Source of the DNA: Chiloscyllium plagiosum
Taxonomy: Eukaryota
Assembly (NCBI RefSeq): GCF_004010195.1
Contig: NC_057719.1
Location: 62,870,085-62,934,084, forward strand
Reading direction: 5' to 3'
DNA length: 64,000 nucleotides
In this document: positions 58,336-64,000 of the stretch, one piece after another
Layout: the number at the start of each line of letters is the position of its first letter
Position numbering within the stretch: the stretch's first letter is position 1
The notes under the pieces: model-generated
Seen by the model: only the letters and a program-made list of their open reading frames with translations
The model's database searches: none
Told to the model about the DNA's origin: nothing
Position numbers and translations under genes: made by a program

Positions 58336-61300
58336 AACTGTAAACTACTTAGTAATTACATGTACCCTCCAAATCTCAGATATTTTGTGGCTGATTACTA
58401 AAACCTGGCATGTGATTTACTCCACCTCCCCATCTTCACTGAAGGCCTCAAGTCTATTTACTGACATAACACATCTTCTAGAGTCAGTTGTGGGACTACG
58501 TTATAATCTTCTCTAGGTTTGTTTTTACACCATCGCAAAATTTGATGTAAAGTAATTATTATTACAATGTTATGCAATTGTCATTATTAAATTGCATTAT
58601 CTTTGACAATGATAAAGCACATTGCAGCAAAATAAAGTCAATTTAAATGTATGTAATGGAGCAGATCACTTACTGGAATTAGTTTGAGTGTCATTTTTTA
58701 GTGTATTTGTAAGAAAAGTATATTTTTATATTGTTGATATTAAGATGAACAGAAACTAAGCATATTTGTTTCTTAATAAATTCCAGCAATCAATATATTT
58801 CCTGGTGGTAATATATGTTGCAAAAAGCAAGGGAAACAGTGAATTTGCTTGATTTAAAACAGCAATTTAGGAGAGTGCAATATGGTATGAGAAAGAATGT
58901 GATGCAGAATTTGGAAAGTGTCCCACTTCATTACCAAAATAGAACAATATTATTTCCAACAACATTGTTCCAATAATTCTTAAAAAAAACCTACTCAACA
59001 AATTAAATTTACACAACAACGAAGAAATATTCATGTTTGTAATTTTATTTTTTGTCAACATAAAATGCAAATGCAATTGAAAAACACAGGTTATTTATGT
59101 TCAATAAATGAAAGTCCTTATTCATTTAAAGATTCGAGTCCCACCTGCTCCAGAGTTGTGTAATTCCATCTCAGAATGGTTTGGTTAGAAAATACAAAGA
59201 CAATCTAGAAAAGATTTAAGTTAAAATAATAAGAACCACAATCAAAGACATTAGAATAATAAACAATAATTCAATTAGCACCTTACATCCAGATGGCTTT
59301 ATATGTGTATCTATGAAGGAAACAAAATGTTTCTGCTGTGCCAGAGCTACTGTTGATATTTATTGATCTTCAGCTTGGCAGTGGACAGCACCTTCAGTTT
59401 AGGAAAAGAAAGAAGAAAGTGGAAAAACATTGAAGTGAAGCAAAGAGTTAATTTGTGACTCTCACGTCTGGCTTTCTTTACGATTATTTTCCATTTGCTC
59501 CATCTGCAGTATCCTCTGATGGCAAATGATAATGTTAACAAACTTTGGTTTGGATGTCATAGAATTGCTTATTTAGTCATTCAATAATCCACTGGGCAGG
59601 GCAGCATATTCTTTGATGAAAAGTTATGGTTCAGGATCTGCCTGGTATGATGAGTGTAATGTTTGCAAGATTATATTTTTAACCAACTATTTAATTGAAG
59701 GTAAAATGGGGGAGTGAAGAGGGACATACAATCAGTTCCAAATTCTGCCTAACAACAAGCCTAAATGGTTACTACAGGAAAAGGAAGGCCAAGGGTGAGA
59801 TAGACTGCATGAAGGGTAAAACGATAGCACAGAGCATCTGCATTGTCGATGGACAGACTTTCAGTCTCTGGGATTTCAGACAGAAGGAGGAATATGCCTT
59901 TCAGTGTCACTCGACATTCTGATTCAGGAAGACTGGGTAATCTGAACCCATTGCACATTGAATGTGGTTGCTTCCTTTGAAGATAGTAATCCAAGGGAGA
60001 GCATATTATGGAGTTTATGAATGATGTACATGTGGAATTGCCAACTGTGTTATCGTACTAATAACCGTTATCTTCCCTATTGTTTCATTTATTAGTGGAT
60101 AACAAGGTAATATTTAGTTGATATTGCTTTTCTTTACAATAAAACTTGTCATGCAATTCATTTAACTTTGTTATTGAGAATCTAAATCTCTCTTTTAAAG
60201 TTATCATTCTCTATGGAGATTGTAACACTCGTCCTTTTATATTAGATAATATGAAACAATTTATATTTATGTTATACCTTAATGTAATGACTTTGGCATA
60301 GTTGGATGAAGCATGCCACAGAGTGTTTGCAGATGAGAGCCTGTGGATTGTGAGGATGATGCAAAATAGATGGAGCTGACGTACCCTGGCAACAGTGTAT
60401 GGGCCAGCTACAGGCAGCCGTAGCAACATCAAGTTGCAAATTCCACTAACCATCTAACCTGGTTACCTAAACCTTACCATGAATTATTACTTTCATTCTT
60501 TGACCTGCCTCTTATTTTGATGTCATCTGTAAGTTGTGCAACTTTGATCATCATTCGGTTCATTGCTACATTTTAAAACAACCAGGATCTCAAGATGAAC
60601 TACCAAGTCAACTCATGTATTCTTTCCTGTTTCCTGCCTTTACATTATCTCTGTGCTAATGTGAAACCAACTACTTTTGAACACCACGGTGTACCATATT
60701 CAGTGACTCCTTATTAGAACCACCATTCAACAATATAGAAACCTGTTCAAAACATAATGGAAATCCAGCTTAAGCATTTCACTTTCTGTTGACCATTGTT
60801 TCTAGTGTGTTGGAGGAAATGGGGAGTATGTTCAATTCACGCATTCATTACAATTTGACAATGGTTTCAATCATCTAATTGTACTTAATCACCAATTGAA
60901 TAAAGGTTCAATTGAACTTAATTTCAGTGAGTCATTGCTCATAAGAAAATCAATGCATAATTGCAAAATTAATCATGCTAAATTAAGGCGGTCAAAGCCC
61001 TCACTTTCGTTGGATAATTCTGCTTTGCTTGATATTAGTGATGCAGAAAAATAACAACATCCTTCAAATGAACCAGGGCGGACCAGACTTCCTTTGATAT
61101 TTTTCATCCATGTCATGGTGCTATGCTATATATGGAAACAGGCACTTTCAACTAAGATACAGTAATTGAGAATGTAATTAATAGTATAAGAAAGAAAATA
61201 ACTGAGGTACAAAATTTAATTAGAGGATTACAAATAAGCTACTTATGTGTTGGCATTTTGCATGAAGAAGTTTATCTGGGACAATATAATTTTATAGACC

Positions 61301-61799
61301 ATTGGTTATTATAATGACAAAATACCAATAGAATTTAAACCTGATCTTTGAGATGAGTCAGAAAGACAGCAATCACTGACCTGGTAGTCACCTCCGTGAC
61401 TTACTAGGGTATTGCATCTGATGTTCTGGAATTTCTGTCCTGATCTAACGGGGATACGTTGATCAGGCCGGGACGATATTGGTAATGAGAAAATGACATC
61501 AGTTATGCTGATGAAGATATCACCATAAGCTACCGTTTGTCTTGTGCTACTGCACCGGATTAAGCTGTGTAACAGATTTGAAGATGCGTTCGAAACAGGC
61601 AGATTCACAAAATTCCCAGATGCACCTGATGAGCAACCACTTGCTTATGATGTTGCAGTAACCTGAGGAAGTCGATTCATCCTTGGTGTGGGGGGGTCTC
61701 CCAAAAGATTCCAAGTATATCTACAAGCCGTTTAGTCAGGTCTGACCAGCTGTCTGAGCTTGCTTTTGGGCTTCCTCTACAGCACTTGGACTTCTGGTT

Positions 61800-62710
61800 T
61801 CTTCTGCGTGTTCTGTGGTAGAAGCTGAAACTTCAGTCATTGTAAACTGCACCACGTGCAGGAGGGGTTGTGTGAAGCCCTGAGGCCCACAGAGTGCTGA
61901 ACTCCTTCATACGGCTTGACATTAACCATATGTTTATGAAATGGCCTGCCAAGACACCAAGCATTTCAGTGTATATGTTCATCAACCTTCTTTTATGGGC
62001 TGCCTCATCAAAGTGCTCATTCTGAGTCCTCCTGAGCAGTCGTGAATGCCATTCTTGCCCTGTCGCCTAGCTACAGCCATCTTGTGCCCTGTACATATTT
62101 CGTATCTCTATACCATCCCCTAGATTACAGTGTCAGTGCCAGTATCTAGCCTGGAGTGTAGCTGGCCACTGAAAACTTTTATAACAGTTTGCTGCAAGGC
62201 AATGTTGGCATTATGCCAGGGATCAGAATCAGCAGGCACTGGTTATGCACATGCCATGATCCTAGCACCCATTTTGAGAATCGATTAACTGTAGCCCTTT
62301 TCAAACTGTGGAGATTATTCAGTGCCTTTCTTGGAAATTCTTAAGATTGGGTGAATGAACAAAGGTCAGCATTTAATCAGTTATGGTTTTCAATTTTCTT
62401 TGAGAAATTGGCATAGGGGATGCTCAGGGATTGTGGGTCCAGCTGAAGCTGTACTGTTGATTACTTTTGCAGCGATACGTGCAGGAGTCAAAGGCAGTTG
62501 ATCCTGTTACATTTGTGTCAATAGTGGGCTAGATAATGGCACAGCCTAGCTGTGAGAGACACTGGGTGAATCAGGTGAATAGTCTTGAATCTTCCACTTC
62601 ATGATGCAAGAGGTAAAACTGCAGGATGCTGCATCAGTCAACAGCCCTGAAGTCAGCATTATTTGGAACCTCTCCCTCACCTTCAGCCATTTAATTGCCA
62701 CAAAAGATGC
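61800..62710 (-). mobile_element. Possible PIF/Harbinger Myb-gene remnant
   Basis: Minus strand HFDEAAHKRRLMNIYTEMLGVLAG..MSSRMKE resembles a recalled shark Harbinger-associated repeat; not verified. Confidence 0.3.
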
Positions 62711-62844
62711 AAAGGCAGTTACTATTAACAGAATCGCTGCTATTTAAATTGTTTCCATGTTCGTAATGATACTTCCAAATGATGTCACATCAGATTGCGA
62801 GCTTAAAATAACAAATAATTTATGTTAATTATTGACCATTTTGT

Positions 62845-64000
62845 GGAGTAGGAATAGGCCATTCAGCCCATTGAGACTGCTCCACTATTTAATACAATCA
62901 TGGCTAATTGGGCATTTCAGTGTCTTTTACTCACATTATTCCCATAATCGTTATGTTATTGATAATCAAAATGTATCAACTTCTATTTGGAACATACTCA
63001 AAGAATGAACTTCCATAGCCCTCTGGGATTCACTGCCTTCTGAGTTTTAAAAAAATCTTCTTATCATGATCCTGAATATATTTCCTGTATTTTACATTGT
63101 ATCTCCTGGTTCTAGATTCCAGGGGAAACATCTTTCTTACATTACTCTGCCTATCTCTTTAAGTACTTTGGATATTTCAATGAAATCCCCTCTTATTCCT
63201 CAAAACACGAGATAATTTTGGTCCACTTTGCCCAATCTCTCTGCATCAGGCAGTTTTGCCATCCTGGCAACAAATCCGGTGAACCTTCACTGTACTCCCT
63301 CCATGGCAATGATATCCCCTGAGATACAAAACTGCACACAGTACTTGAGGTGCAGTTTAACCAAGCTCCTGTACAATTGAAGCCAGACTTTATTATTCCT
63401 GTGCTCAAATCCTCATGGATAAAGACAACAGTCCACTAGCCTTCCTCATAGCTTTCTACACTACCATGTTAGTCTTCAGTGACTTAGCGACAATGACACT
63501 TTCAACCTCTTATCATTTAGGGAATATTCTGCACATATGTTCCTCCTACCAAAGGGGACAGTCTTACATTTTTTCTATCTGCCATGTTGTTGCCTAGTTG
63601 CTAAGCTCACCTAAATCCTCCTGAAAACATTTTGCACTTTTCTCACAAAACACATTCCTGCTTAGCTTTGTATCATCTGCAAATTTGGAAATTCTACATT
63701 TGGTGTCCAATCCGGGTGAACAACTGGAGCTTAACTACTGATCCTTGTGACACCCCACTAATCACAGCCTGTCAATGTGAGAATGGCCCAGTCATCCCTA
63801 CTCTCTCTTTTCTGCCCATTAGCCAATATTTAATCCATGCTGGTACATGAACTCTTGCACCACTTTCATTTGACAAACCAACCTCCTGTTGGGGACCTTC
63901 TCAAAATCCATCCATTTGTTCCCCTTTATCAATTTTGTCAGTAACTTCTTCAAACTCCCCAACAGGTCTATCAAGCACAATTTCACATTTGCAAATCCAT
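62845..64000 (-). mobile_element. Older CR1 LINE (3' UTR plus RT), continues past the window end
   Basis: GGAGTAGGAATAGGCCATTCAGCCC tail; TTTGTATCATCTGCAAATTTGG (minus strand SKFADDTK); GATCCTTGTGACACCCCACT (SGVSQGS). Confidence 0.88.

Noticed and set aside
61340..61620. HARBI1-like transposase fragment on the + strand
   Set aside because: Only vague motif resemblance across several frames; not supportable without an alignment.

Overview
Repeat-rich vertebrate genomic DNA, most likely from a shark (inferred from HE1-type and Deu-domain SINEs and abundant HER1/CR1 LINEs). The only host protein-coding sequence I can support is the last coding exon of FUT8 (alpha-1,6-fucosyltransferase; 5783-6112, + strand), followed by a candidate polyA signal near 6660. 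Bases 1-5782 are therefore the last FUT8 intron and the rest is downstream, gene-free DNA. Identifiable mobile DNA includes a decayed Gypsy element with the unusual PR-IN-RT-RH (Gmr1-like) order and a second decayed Gypsy on the minus strand. There is also a class I endogenous retrovirus integrase-env remnant, a near-full-length CR1 LINE with many truncated copies, and a second CR1/L2-group LINE family. Smaller items are several tRNA-derived SINE families, Penelope-like remnants (including palindromic mini-elements with degenerate hammerhead-ribozyme cores) and Harbinger-type Myb/SANT remnants. I found no intact novel multi-gene system. The most notable signals are the palindromic hammerhead-like mini-elements, a 54-bp locally templated inverted insertion inside a SINE, the ERV fragment and the Gmr1-like element. 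Repeat boundaries are read by eye and approximate unless a TSD is given; family names are recalled, not database-verified.
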